A stretch of 64,000 bases of DNA from Ramazzottius varieornatus (GCA_001949185.1 BDGG01000003.1:4771092-4835091); one strand, 5' to 3'; shown: positions 1 to 13,524, numbered from the stretch's first letter. A program made the numbers and translations. The notes: generated from the letters alone by a model not told the origin.

Positions 1-104
1 CGGTGACTTGAAGTTCCAGAAGTCTCCTCAAGTTACACTTGAAGATTGTGGGACGTGACTGAAAGCGTGGCTTGGAAGACCCGGAAGTGACTGAAATGTA
101 CACA

Positions 105-225
105 TGGCAGCTCACTAAACGTACGCAACATCACTTTTCAAAGTGGCGCAGCCTTCCAGCCAAAAACACCGAAAGCGTGCGCCACTGGGGAAATCGTCCA
201 AGCCTAGTTCGTCTACCGAGCTAGC
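105..225. mobile_element. Palindromic MITE-like family A, one hairpin module
   Basis: aagtggcgca...gtgcgccactg inverted pair with degenerate outer termini. Confidence 0.7.
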
Positions 226-3200
226 GCACAAAACAGAATTCGCACAACAGCTTTGTGACCGGGGAAGAAACGCGACGGCGTCAGGATCCAGGAACAGGGC
301 TGGTCTGATGGAGGCGTAATGAATCAGCTTGACTTGTGTAGCACTTCGGAGTATTTTTCTGACGTTTATTTGGCGCGAGTATCATAATGTTATGCTGTAG
401 TCTGGTTCTTCGGCCGATCTTGTCTGATTGTTGGACTAGCCTGAAGGGAATTGCTGGAAGCTGAAGCAACAAACACTTTGTGCTCTTTGGGATGCTTGCA
501 GATAAAAGTGATCAGCGAGGCATGAAGGGTAGTAGCTATTGCTATTGATCGCCCGGAAACGGCCCAACTACGACGAGAGTGCAGTCAGCCACTACCCATC
601 CCACTTTGTTCCCGCCATCGGGAGCCATCAGCGACTGAATGACTGCGTTCCGTTTTTTCTAACACATTTGTCCCTCTTTGCACGCTATTTAACCATCCGT
701 AAATCATCTCCAATCTATCCACGTTCGCCCGAAAAAGAACTTACCCAACGTTACGTCATCGCACTTGGTCGCTGAATGTTCGATTAGGTTAGGTCAGGTT
801 TAGGTTTATTGGTTTAAAGTCCATCAGCACGGGAACTTGTCCCATCAAGACCACAGGACATCACAATATCGGTAGAATACAGTCGGAAAAGAGTATCATT
901 TGTAAAGTTAGCATTTCAGGGCTGGCAGATGTCGATTTTGCCACTTTGGCTGCTTAGCCATCTTTCTTCGTCAGAGGACGGTTTCTCAGTCCGAGCTCAA
1001 GCCAACAGGGCTTCTGAGACTGTGGGCTACCGGATCCACTCACTAAGGAGTTTACCCCGGTCGATGGTTCCGTTTGCAATCAACCTTGCTAGGCCAAAAT
1101 TAGAGTGGCTGTCGCAGGAGGGCTCCGTATACCACTCTTCCCAAAATGTTTGTCTTGACCACCCTTTGCTTACAATAATCAACGGAAAGAGATCAGAACA
1201 ATAAGTCAGAATGAAAAAGTCGGTTTAGCAAAGGAAAAGGCTTCCAGTCAACAGACTCGAGAGCTAGTTCAAATTTCCACTTAGTTTCATAGGCAGCAGC
1301 TGGGAAGTCTAGCGAGTTCCACAAGCTAAACATTATCCCGACGAAGGAGTCAGGACTGGTGAGTAACTTTCGACCATTCAGGAAGGAGCCAGTGGGCTGA
1401 ACGGGACTGGGATGCGTGCGATTGCAAGTTGCAATTAAATTTCCATCACTGACACGCCATTCTGCTACTGTGCACACAAGAACCAGCTACGATCTACGTT
1501 CTTGAATCTTTAAAGTAAGAAACAGCAATTAGGAAGCTAAGCTTATACCGAAACAGCAAACAAAGAAGCCAGAACGGGACGCGTTGAAGAAGCTTCCGAT
1601 TTTAGATGGCGCCACCTACCGGCGGACCCAACGTAGAACTCAGACTTTCAACCAATAGCACGATTTCTACTTTGAAGATTCTGAAGATAAAAACCAGGCT
1701 TTTGCTGTTGCGGTCAAAGCTGGCAAGCCTTGAAGTTGGTTTAAAGGATGAAAATCTGCAATGGAAAGGAAACTAAGATATTAATATAATACGTAAGACA
1801 GAATCTGGGTCGTTCCAAACAGAAACCCTAAATCTCGAATTTATTCAACCTTCTCAGAAATCGAGTTTTTGTGTTTTCACCACCGGTCTTCAGCATGGCA
1901 TAGCCAAACTTCAAGTTTTCACGCCAACTTTCATGTGTGCGGTCTTTTGCGGCATTTTCAGATCCGATGCAATTTCTCTTTCTCCGCAAGATTGCTAGCT
2001 TGTCGAAGAAGCCTCGACTTGTCCCATCCTTACCTTCATTGCTCTTGTCGTCTGTCTGGCCTCTTCTGTCGCCGTCTTTTCTGCTGCTGACTCTTCCCTA
2101 GAGTCTTCCCTTTGTTCTGCTCCGCTCTGTGGGTGTTTTCTGTTGCAGGTTAGTGGATATCTAAGCCGAGTCATACCCCGCTAACCTGTTTGTTTGCCGA
2201 ATGGCGCATGTATCGTGGTGCATGACCGCTAGGCGATTCGGCATGAGTGCGATCAGCACCTACGTACTTTCTGCTTTTGTTTGTGCATGTGCAGTGTAAG
2301 CATGTGCTTGTCGCACTAAGGCTATAAAGCCTGAGCTCTCACGCACCACAAAACATTACGGTGGGCCGGAGCTTTATGGTTTCGGCACTGTTTTGATTAG
2401 TGAAAATAAATATTTTGACGTCATCCGATCCCACGGGCGTGTTGGGCTTCTTCTGCCCCTACTCCACTCAACGTTCGGACCGTTGTTCGACGTTTTCGTT
2501 GTTATTGCTCATGCACATTTTACACTATGGTCAACTCACACTGGTTCTGCTCAGATCGATACAGGTAAACACGTCGCCCTGTTTGTTGGTAAACTGGAAC
2601 GACCGTTCATCAGGGTAATTGACCGTTCGCCAGGCAGCAGGGTAATTGACGAAGAACGAGGAAGTGATCCTGATGTACATGAAGTCGAACTCCAAATCAT
2701 GTGTACCGCCAACAACATCCGAAAAAGAAGACGATTGCTCAGGAACATCGTGAAGTAGCATCGAGAGAAGCAGCTATCATACCACTATCATATTTATTAT
2801 TGTCGTATTGTGTGTGCACTAATTTTTCTTTCCAAATATGTTCTGCAGTGAAGGAGGAGAAGACATGGCAACCTACGAAATACAGGCCTTATAGGGTCGA
2901 ATATAGGGCTGGTTGAACTGCAGAACCAGTGGGAGAAGCTGTACACGTACGATGGGAAATTAGGGGCCAGTACAAATGAGTGGATGCCAACAGAAAAGGA
3001 CTACTTGGCAGGCCACTTGCTACAAAAGCGCAAAGGGCGGTATTTGATGCTGGTAGAAAATGGACCATTGCTGCCACGCCTCCGTCATTTTAGGGCTTTG
3101 TTTTCAGATTTGATTTCGTTCATTCAGCCGGACGTTTCTGTGCGTGAATTTTCTCTAAAAACAAGCTTTTCGTTCAATCAAAGGACGAGAACAACGGAAG

Positions 3201-4489
3201 AACGATGATCGACTTAATCTCACATAGACCACACGGACAACGGCAGTAAAAAGCTGCAAAAAGTGTTTTGAACTGAATTGCTCCGCAGTGAGAGTCTGAG
3301 GCACGTACGCAGCACTAACGTATGTGGGGGAGTTGTAATGACTCAGCTAATAGCATTCGATGCTTTGAGCGTTTTGGCAAGCCATGTCAAAGTGGAGGTC
3401 ATATTTAGCAGCTCGTCACTGGAGACAGGCGGAAAGGGCGGCAAAATGAACGAATTGTCGTTCGTCTCCAACAACGGGCACGCCGAACATCGAACGGGGA
3501 CCAACCACCCCTTTCCCGTGGTAATACGCACAAGCTTTGCAATGCTCAATCCTACAAAACAGCTCAATTCAATAATAAGTCGGAATAAAATTTTGAGATT
3601 CTCAAAAAATAACTCGAAATAATATATCAGAATAATATCTTGAGAAACTCAGGAAATAATTCGAACAAATAATTCTGAACAAAATCTTGCAAATCTGTCA
3701 AAGTAATCCTAATACATGATTCGAAATGAAATCTTAAGAATCTCAGAAAACATCTGCGAGGCCCTACGGGCAATTCTGATGTCACCCTACAAAAGTAGAA
3801 GTCCTTTTTTATAATGCTCCTTATGGACTCTCCACTATATCATGCAAGGCTTTGCCGTGTACGTGTCCGTGCCGCAGTAAGGACCTGCAAATCAACAACC
3901 AATGGATACCGGCACATGGGTCGCCGAAGTGGCTTCGGCAGGCACATGCGGCAGAGTTCGTTGATTGCTGATTGAAGACCGGTCAACGGAACGACAGATC
4001 TTACCTTTGGAAGAATTCCCAACAACAGTCCTTCGCATATGCCTCCATGCATCAGTAACACGACAGCAGATATCTCCAGGTGACACCCTCACTGGTCCCT
4101 CAGTCATCTGGATAGCGGGAATCATCGGAAGTGGGGTAAACGGTCCATTGCAACTCTCACTTGCAAAACCAAAGGTAACCCGGTCAACATACGCAAATTG
4201 TAAAACTTAGACGCCACAGCGTCCAGGCAAACCGCTCACAACAGCCTTACCTTCGGTGCATCTCACATAACCGCTTGTAAGGCCAGGTAGAAGAGGGACT
4301 GTCCCGCAAACGCCGTGGTCCTAAAGACATGCATGAGAACGTCAGCGCTCTGTGTAACACAACAACCCTATCACCGGTGTCAGTCTTGCTCACCGTTGAT
4401 TTTCCGACGACTGCCGCTACTGTTCCGCATCATTCAGCAAGCACCCAGGTACCAAAAGAGTCTCTGCCATCGCTCGCTGGTTGAATCGG

Positions 4490-4915
4490 GATGGCATACT
4501 AGTAACGATGAGCAATACATTTTACATTACAATTACGCTTTTACGCGACATTACAACCACGGGGAAGTTGTAATACAGATGTAAAATGTAATTACAACTT
4601 TTACCTGCCAGAATCTGCGGTATTTTTGAGTATTTTGCCGCCAGAAATCTAAAATTCGGCTGACTTACGCGGAAAAATGTCAGAAACTTCCTGAGTATGG
4701 TCATTTTGCAACCGTATTTTTATCTTTGTCTGGAAGATAATTACTAAGATCCATATTCTATGCAAACATAGACATAGCTGGTTCGTCGTTTTCGTCGCTC
4801 CTTGTCACTTTCAGGCGTTACAAACCGCTCGGTCTGTAAAATGTAAACTAGTGTAAAACGTAATTACACTTTTACAATTACACTATTTTACATTATACTT
4901 TACATTACACGGACC
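4490..4915. repeat. Degenerate element of direct and inverted TACATTTTACAT/AATTAC motifs, possibly a non-autonomous DNA transposon remnant
   Basis: tacattttacattacaattac (~4516) versus atgtaaaatgtaattac (~4579); similar motifs cluster again at 4835-4910. Confidence 0.45.
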
Positions 4916-5051
4916 AGCTGTGTGTAATGCTCCTCATTATACACAAGGGCACAGACGGTTCAGGGGACGATACCAAGGGACTCTGAATAGCAAACTCATT
5001 AGAGGACGCTCAAGCTCCAGACAGCACCATCTTTTACTCAGGATGATTCCC

Positions 5052-5126
5052 CGATTTCTGATTTTTGACGAGAGTTTCCTGATTTTTTGACGAATGTTTC
5101 CAAGTTTTTGATGAGTCGTGAGTCGT
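5052..5126. repeat. Short degenerate tandem repeat, ~21 nt unit x3
   Basis: tttc(c)tgattttt(t)gacga recurs. Confidence 0.55.
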
Positions 5127-6230
5127 GATTTCGGATTTGATCAGTCAATTCTGTACTAATCATTCGAAGATGTTGGCGTATTTATCAATACGGAATTAAT
5201 AACCCTGTTGATAGTACCACTTGACGGCACTGCACGATCAAAGGGTATAATAATGCACTATGCCTGTACGTACAACATATGACTAATGGTAGAGACCACT
5301 TTCGGTGCCCCAAACCACGGGCTAATCGCACTGTGGATTGATCGCTGAGTTTGATTGGCCTTTCCGTAATCGGAAAGTTCGTCCTACTCAGCATTTGCTG
5401 CTTGTTGGAACAAAATTTCCGTTCGGTAGTTCGAGTATGCCTTTGCGGCAGACTCCTGTGTGTATGAAAAATCAGAATACATATTCTGATTTTTTCATAC
5501 ACACAGGAGTCTGCAATGTACCAGGTACGCGGGATGGGTACAATTTGATCGTACACGATGAATCCTCCGCAAAGGGCAATGAGAATGACACCAACAAAAA
5601 GAAAAGTAGACTCAAGAATTCCCGCTATGATCCAATACAAAAAAATGAATAACCTAAACCGCGAAAAGCGGGTCTGATTAAAGGTCCAAGAGCCTCAGCA
5701 CGCGCAGCTGCCACTTCCTGGGCCGGCCGGTCGACCATGTTACTGCCCACTAAGCTACCCACAGGTCCCTTACATCGGAGAACCAGCTATTCACAATACC
5801 GGTACATAGTCCAACTTGCCAACCGGAAGGATGTTTTCTAGATAGTTAATGACAGGATCGATTCGCTTTATGTGCAATGAATTAACCTGACGTACACGTG
5901 CAAATCACTGTCTCGTATGATCATCTCCGCGAGCCTCATCCCATACCACCACCCAGGTATACTGATCACTTAAGAAGAACTTTGAACGTGAAGATACATG
6001 CGCGCTGATGCGCGCGGAATTTTGTTTTTTGGATACTCGTACTGAAAATGTAAGCAGTCGTGCTGCTTGTTGACCGGCATGAGAATCCACCACAGGTCTT
6101 CGGCCAAGTACTTGTTAACGAAGCGGAAATAAGGTAAGAACTGTCTTGGAGAAATACTAGAGGTGAGTGCAGCAACCGGACAACCCGCGTGTCTGACTGG
6201 ATAGAGTACCAGCAATACCCGGAAACGCTC

Positions 6231-6426
6231 TGGGACCTCGGCGAAGAAAGAGACAAGACGGTTTCTCCAAAATGGCGCACTTTTACACTGTGAACGGCTA
6301 CGCGTGCGCCACTGCCAAAACCGATCTTGCAGAGTTTGGTTTCTCAAGTGGCGCAAGTTTAAGTACTAATGGCTATACACATGCGCCACTTAGAACTTAT
6401 CTGGGCGAAACGTTCGCAGAGCTCTT
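6231..6426. mobile_element. Family A element, two modules, intergenic
   Basis: Begins tgggacctcggc; two tggcgca...tgcgccact pairs. Confidence 0.8.
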
Positions 6427-6773
6427 ATCTGCTGTTTAAGCTTTCTTCTCACTAAAGTTCGACCGGTTATAGGATCGAACACGTTTTACTGACTGCTTAG
6501 TACTTGCTCTTCGCTTATTGGTGAGCTCATCCTAGAGGTAATCAAGCCGGAAATTACATGTCCAGAAAGCGACTGGTCACTGTCTAATCGTCAGCGTATT
6601 TTTGAAACGTGAGATCCCGTCTCAAGTATGATTGCCACTCGTGCCACAAAGTCACGCAACCATACATTACTATCTAGACACACAGGCATAAACTCATCTC
6701 GCTTCCTTGGAATTTCATGATCGTAACCTACACTGTGTCATTTGACAAAGCCACGATTTCTGTCCGTCAAACT

Positions 6774-8026
6774 ATGCCGCGGTTCGACTGGAGAAGCTTT
6801 CTCCCCAGCTTCCGTGTACTGTGGATGTTTCCCGCGATTGCCCGTGGTCAGTACGGTATCGGACCATTATGGACACCCCCCACACAAACTCCTTCTCCGT
6901 CATTCACAACTACTACCACCACCACTACCACCACGACACAGAACCCTTTACTTCCAACTACAACCACCACCGTGACGACGTGGATTCCTCCTTGGCAAAC
7001 TACGACTCCCACAGGACCTTATCACGGTTTCGGCTACGGTTACGGAGCTCAAGGCTACCTTCCTCCCCAACAAACCTTTCTTCCGGTGACCCAAAACACT
7101 CTCCAACCTGCTCAAACTCTACCCGTCGACCGACTGGACACGAACAGTCTGGCAGAATTGTTCCCGGAATTCTTCACTACAGCCTCACCCACTGCGCCAC
7201 CACTTCCGGGTTCGGTAAATTCTATAAACGGGCCGGATCGACTACAAAACGACTTGGCACCTGATGAAAGACTGAGCTTGCTGTCAAACTCCATGGCCGA
7301 CTTTTTGAGTTCGCTGAGTAAGGAACAGCTGGTAGCTTTCTTTCGATCTTTCTTCTTGTCGAAAGCAATGGGTACTCCCATACTGGAGCAGCGAACTGTT
7401 GAGCTGCGTTCGTCGCTTCCGTCGGCCGACCGCCAAGCTGTGGAAGCTGCACGCAGTATCCCAGGTACGAAGTACTGCCCACTCTTAGAGTATGTCGACG
7501 CACTCAATTTTTTGTCGTTTCAGCTGTAATAGGAAATTTGGAAGCTATAGAGAAGACCGGTCTAGGAAGAATACTAACTGACTTCGCCAGAAAAGCGAGT
7601 GTCGTACCACCGAATCAGCGGACTGCGGTTTTTCGGCAGTATCAACGGACAGTATCAGACTTGAGCCTTCCTAAAGGTAGGGAAGATATCAGTCATGGAC
7701 CTGCCCTATGTTACTGCCTTCAGACAACAAGAATGAAAATGAGAGATCGACAAACGGAACATGTTATACAAGACCGTTATTTCAAGTGGCGCACAACATC
7801 ATTGTTATCAAACGGAAGCGTGCGCAATTTGACAAAGACGATCTTGCCGAGTTTTCCCAACTGGCGTATTGTTTTGTGGTTGCTGGCTGGAAAAGTGCGC
7901 CACTTGAAACAACGATCGTACCCGTTTCGTTTTCCGGTCTCCCAGTCTAAATCCCACCGTCCGAAATCAAAAGTCAAATTACTTTTTTTAGGTATCAAAT
8001 ACGCCCTGAAACAGGTACACCTATGA
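6774..8026 (+). CDS. Thr/Pro-rich, mucin-like orphan protein, possibly secreted; exons ~6774-7464, 7524-7676, 7992-8026
   Basis: Long ORF with poly-Thr tracts; two phase-compatible GT-AG introns; no family recognised. Confidence 0.6.
7740..7944. mobile_element. Family A element, two modules, intronic
   Basis: caagtggcgcac...gtgcgccacttg; ends ggtctccca; inside intron 7677-7991. Confidence 0.8.
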
Positions 8027-8324
8027 CAGTGGTGGCTTCCCAAAGTCGATTGATAGCGAATGCGCAAGTTAAAATCTGTGTTACACTCTTTCGACCTTCT
8101 GTAATTTCGCGTTAAATCTGTCCGTTATTCACGTGAAGGAAAAGGCATCATCTTATGAACTTACAGTAAAATAAGAAGCAAATGTATCATAGCCCTGAAT
8201 TTCAGACTTCAACTGCATGTAGTTATGCGTTAGGGAAGAAAAGCAACGTCAACATCAGTTGTCATTAGTGCTCAACACCACCAACAACAACAAAAAGACA
8301 AAGAAATTCATGACGATCGGACAA

Positions 8325-11300
8325 TCATTGAGTAGTTTTCTGCTTCTTGTTGGACGACGTACCAGCCTTCTTCACAGTCAGGACTATCGGTCTGCTGGGC
8401 GTACTTGTTGGCGCAGGACTCTCCGACCTGATGACCAGCGGGATGGGCGCCGAAGTAGGCAAGACCATCGGCGTATTCATCATCGGCGGCTGTTCTTCCA
8501 CCATTCCCTGTTCACTCTTGGACAGCTTCCTCCTGACGGGCATCTTGACGGCCGCCGTCACTTTGACCAGCGTCTTGGGCGCCGTCACAAAGTCTTCAGT
8601 GTACCGCGAATTGGATTTGCGGTTTCTAGCTGGTCGGCTGGAGGCACTGTCGACCATCACCACTTGTGAAGCTTCACTCAAGGCACGTACCGATGGTACA
8701 TTCAGGACTTGTGCGACTTCAGAGAAAGTCGAGACAGTCTCTTCTGTGGTACTGTTCACTGAAGTTTTGCTCTGAACTTTCTTCTCTTTGGGAACTTTCA
8801 CCAGTACGACTTTCTTCGTTCCTACACTCTTCCTTCTCTCCACTTTCTCCACTTTGAGCAGTATCGGTGCTGAACCTAAGACACTCAAGACGCCGCAAGA
8901 CGTAGACGGTACAGCATCTGTCGTGTCCCCACCAACCGGTGATAGACTACCCGGAAGTTCACTACTTCTGTCTGCTTCAACCGATGTCACCCCTTCAACT
9001 TCCGGGACTTTTTCTTCCTGTTTCCTCAGGGATTCTTCTTCAGCCGAAACTTTTTCTTCTGATCTCACCAGCGTTTCTGTAGGTTGTACTTCTGGTATCG
9101 TTTCTTCTGCTGGTGGTGGTGGCGGTGTATGTTGTTTTATTACAGGCTGAGTGTCTGTTGAAACTACTTCCGTTTTCACTTCCGGTTCAACTTCCGCCTC
9201 AACTGACTTCGAGTCGGGCAGAACCTTCTCGTCGGATTCTGCTGGAGAAACCGGCGCGGGTAAAGGTATCGAACTGACGGTCAGACCAGCCGAAGTTACC
9301 TTGGGAGGAGTGTTGCTTGACGTGACTTTCTTGGGTGGTGGTGCTTCGTCCGCTGGTTTCTCTTTGGACTTTTTGGCCTTCTTCCACTTGTTCCTCCAGA
9401 AGGCCGACGAAGTTTCGTCCGTGTCGTCGTCTTCCTCTTTCTTCTTTACGATGCTTTCAGCGGAGAGCGGTTGTGCGAGGCTGGGGTTGGTGTTGGTCAT
9501 GGCCACGATGTGTTTGATGAGGACAGCGGGACTGGAGTCGCTGGACAACGAAGAGTTGGATGACGAATCCACCGACCGTTTTAATCTGGAAGTGGGCAGA
9601 GGGGGAGGAGGGAAAGGCATCAGCGGAGGAAGTGAAGGCAGCGGAGGTGGCAGCGGGAACTTGGGGATGGCGGGAGGAGGAGGTATCGGTGGAGTCGAGG
9701 AGGTTGTGCCAGGAGTAGGAGAGATGAGCGTTGGTCGCACTGGTGAAGTCTCAACCGGCGGTGAGGACTCTGTTTGAGAACCTGTAAGATACCCACCATG
9801 GAATTAGCAGAAAAAAAATTCGCCGCGGCTCCTTAATACTTTAGTCAGGATATCTGGGTAACAAATGAGTAACATTCTGAGCCTGCATACATTGAACCAT
9901 ACACTTTAGCTGTGCGAAGGTATGCAGGTGCATGGCCTGAAAAACATCATTGCTTTCTGCGATATGCGCCTTTTGCATATGTTTCATGCACTTACGTACA
10001 CCCGAACAGTGTACCTTCCACTGTATAGAGGTACGCAAGTTCAGTAAGTCGTTCACAATATCTTCTTACAAAGTCGACCACTTTCGAGAAAAAGCAAAGA
10101 CACGTACCCTCAATTTGGGAGTCTGAGTCGAAATCGTTGCCCCATTGCCCGTTCCCAGAGAACATCAAAAGATCCAGCGCGCCCTGAAAGTCTTCGGTGT
10201 TCCTGGGTAGATCATGCGGACCCGTCGATTTGGCCCTACTCTCCGGTCGTCCATCCAGCGCAGAGTCCGCCGACGCCGCAGTGCTCGACCTGATCTCTCC
10301 GTCCTCCATCGTACTTTCAGTCTCCGGGCTGGATATCTCCATCTCGACCAGATCCGGCGACTCTCTGAACATGTTGCGGGAAGCGATTTCCCGACGTGGC
10401 TGGTCAGTGCTGTTGACTTGGGTCGGTGTGGTCGCCCGAGGAAGGCTGACATTGCACGAGTCAAAGTCATCGAAGTGAGTGTTGTCGGCAGCCTTGCCCA
10501 AGCGAGGGAAATCTAGAGTACCGAGCTGGATGTACTTCTGAACAGTCTCCCCCACGATGGAGGTGAGGGCTTCGTTGAAACGTTGGAGAGGTATCGGGTT
10601 GGAGTACCGACCGGTGTGGATTTCTTGAAGTAGACCCTGGATACCAGTGTCCACAAACGACGCGCTGAAATTTATCATGCCAGTTTATTAATGATTTTAT
10701 GCGGGAGCTCGGCAAACAAACTCGTCAAGATCGTTCCTTCAAGTGGCGCACGCTTGTCGCTAATGATACTGTAAACGTGCGCCACAGGGGTAAACAATCG
10801 AAGTCGACCAGATTATTCTTAAGATGGCGCACTTTTCCGGTAGATTACACTAGAAGCGTGCGCCACCTTGTAAACATCTTGTCGAATTCTCTCGTTCTAT
10901 CAAGTATTATTTCTTGCTAACCTTGCAATCTTCTTCCGTAAGTTTTCTCGCGCTGCTGTCTTGTCCATGTCAGGTGTCCATTTCAAGCCTTTGAGGTATT
11001 CATCACACTGCATCTCCACACGACGAACCAAGTTCTGAAACTGAGGCTGGAATAGAAACAAACTATTAGTTGGATGAGGTGATTAATTCTGTGGAAAAGG
11101 CTTTGCCTTTGTTTCCAAGTCTTTCAGCCACGTTTTGCGGAAGGTATCAAAGTGTCCCTCATCTTTGACTCGTTGAGCAATGTCTCCCACTACTTTATCC
11201 TTGGTGTGCGTCAGTGCATACGCCCGTAAGTGAGGTGGAGGGATCCGTTTGTACAGCTCCACCAACTGTGCTTCATCGATGTCGAAATTGTCGGAGATCT

Positions 11301-11373
11301 CCAGAGGAAATCCATTGAACGCTCCAGAAGATGAAGGTTCGCTCTCCGAAGTGTAGCATGCCAGGGAGTCCAT
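8325..11373 (-). CDS. BOD1: BOD1/BOD1L-like protein (COMPASS Shg1 domain plus long disordered Pro/Glu/Ser-rich tail); exons 11107-11373, 10922-11046, 10108-10664, 8325-9781
   Basis: VKDEGHFDTFRKTWLKDLETK|PQFQNLVRRVE resembles recalled BOD1 LKSQGLFDQFRRDCLADVDTKPAYQNLRQRV; exon phases are compatible; intron 1 is GC-AG. Confidence 0.8.
10702..10895. mobile_element. Family A element, two modules, in BOD1 intron 2
   Basis: gggagctcggcaaacaaactcg terminus and two hairpin modules. Confidence 0.85.
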
Positions 11374-12332
11374 TGTCCTCCAGGACTGATGATGCTCCCA
11401 GTCTGGCCTAGACGACGTAAGTTACGGTCACGTACAACTTTCCTCCACAGGAAATCCGGCCTTCAGAGAAGAATCGTCAGCGCCAACTTGAGGTATCTGC
11501 TGACAAAGGGGAGGCGCGGAACTGCTGTAAGACAAACAGAGACGATTACGTAAAGCTAAACGAGTGTAACTAACTGCGACACTGCGATAGGTGAAGTGCC
11601 AGATCTATAACTTGAAGGTATTCTTATGCAACAAACCATTAAACTGGAATGCACTAACCGTCAATCGGCATACAAGTGCACTACGGAACGTCCGCTTGTC
11701 TTCCATCCAACATGTCCCGCTTCCAGGAGCGGCGAAGCTCTATGAACTCTTCGCCTAGTTCAACAAGGAGCCTCGACCACGCGCACTTCGAGCGTCTTCC
11801 GGAGTCCGGATGACTGCTCCGAATGAAAATAATCAGAAAACAGAAGAAAAGGTTAGGAGAACTGATTAGGATTGATTATTGATTGAGTGTTCTCATTCAC
11901 GATCAAGCTAAGCTCATCTGATCGAGCACTGATGTCAATCAACTTGGTTAGTAACTTAAGCGAACTGGCAAGCTGCAAGGTGTCTCGTGGTTAAGACTTC
12001 CGGCTCAGGTCTGTTGTTGTATTTGTATGAACTTTTGTTCCTAGTCTTCCGACTTCCGAGTATCCTCCCCTCATCCCATTGTGGCATAATTGTGCTCCGG
12101 ATTACGGATTCCAGACGTGAATGAGCTTGGGTAAAACCATACCTCCAATCCTGCATGGCCGGTTTTGTTTCTCTAGGAACCCGTCAAGTGGTGTTTTCTG
12201 TTAATTTTGCAGGAGCATATACTGTATCTAAAGACTGTCACTCTACGTCTACGGATTCCGATAACCTAAAGTCTCTGACAAATATTCAAATAGCAAAGTA
12301 CGGAGGGTTTTCAGTTTTGTTGCTGTAAAACC

Positions 12333-13524
12333 ATGGCTGACCCTTGTGCGTTGATCTCCTTTTGTCCACTAGGCGTCATGTCGATGAGGAAGCAGATCGT
12401 GTTGATCCCTCTCTCGCGTTATGGATTCGACCCGGAAGAAGTGTCTGTTCCGTACATGTATCTGAAGAATGCCGGACATCAAGTCGTTTTCTCCACGATA
12501 GACGGGTATAAGGGGGCAGCCGACGAAAGAATGCTAACCGGAAAAGACCTGAAGATGCTGGCCAGCACCCTTGCCTGCGACGACGAAGCTCGCAGTATTT
12601 ACAACCAGATGGAAGAGTCGATAGAGTTTCAGTATCCCATTCCATGGTCCGAAATCAGATCGGAAGTTTATGATTCAGTATGTCTTCCTGGAGGACATGA
12701 TAAAGCCATACGAGAGTACCTGGAATCCGAACTTCTCCAGAAAATAATTGGTAGGTAAAACTTTGGGTCTGGGCTAACTATGGTAAATCGGCCACCCGTT
12801 AAGGTAGCTTGTCTGACGTCAGGATTGCCGCCTGCTCTGACGAGTTAACACGCAGGACGAGTATTAGGTGTGGCCGACTTACCCTCCGTGCCTCAGACAG
12901 GATAGTCCATTGTTTGTGTTTATCTTGAAGTTCTTTTGGGATATTCGTTTTCTTTCCTCGTCTTCTTGAGTTTGTTCTTGCACTCGGTGTTTGGTAGGTG
13001 AGTTTTTCGCACAAGAGAAACCAGTGGCAGCCATCTGTCACGGAGTACTTCTCGTCGCGAGAAGCACTCATCCACGAACAAGGAAGTCTGTTCTCTTCGG
13101 AAAAAAGACAACAGGGCTGACGAAAGGCCAAGAAAAAGCCGCCTACAATTTGACACGACTCTGGTTAGGGGATTACTACCTAACCTACCCTGACATCTAC
13201 CTCGAAGATGACGTCAAGCAGTACCTGGAGAAGCCCGAAGACTTTGACGAAGGACCTGGCTACCCCATTCCCATGAGCAGAGACTCGCAGGACAAACCTC
13301 ACGATGGCTTCGCACTGCTGGACGGTAATTACTTGTCAGCACGATGGCCAGGGGACGTCCACCGGTTCTCGACGGAATACTGTAGACTTCTAGCCACGGC
13401 CAGTGTCAAGAAACCCATTGGGAAACCCATCGGAACGCCACTTTCGCTTCCGGTTGCCTCAGCGATCTCCGAGTCAGAGACTTCGAACTCGACTGCATCT
13501 TCTACCACAGAACTTCTTGCTTGA
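12333..13524 (+). CDS. DJ-1/PfpI (class I glutamine amidotransferase-like) protein; exons 12333-12750, 12998-13524
   Basis: Motifs GFDPEE, LPGGH, VAAICHG and DGNYLSARWPGD; one phase-1 GT-AG intron; the start could be a slightly later Met. Confidence 0.88.

Noticed and set aside
281-3622. Short ORFs at the window start and the taggtt-like repeat at ~786-806
   Set aside because: No recognisable domain or consistent exon chain; possibly decayed transposon sequence but not supportable
5185-5652. Overlapping 151-aa and 104-aa ORFs
   Set aside because: No motifs or splice support
8259-9777. Long plus-strand ORFs
   Set aside because: Antisense shadows of the BOD1-like low-complexity exon
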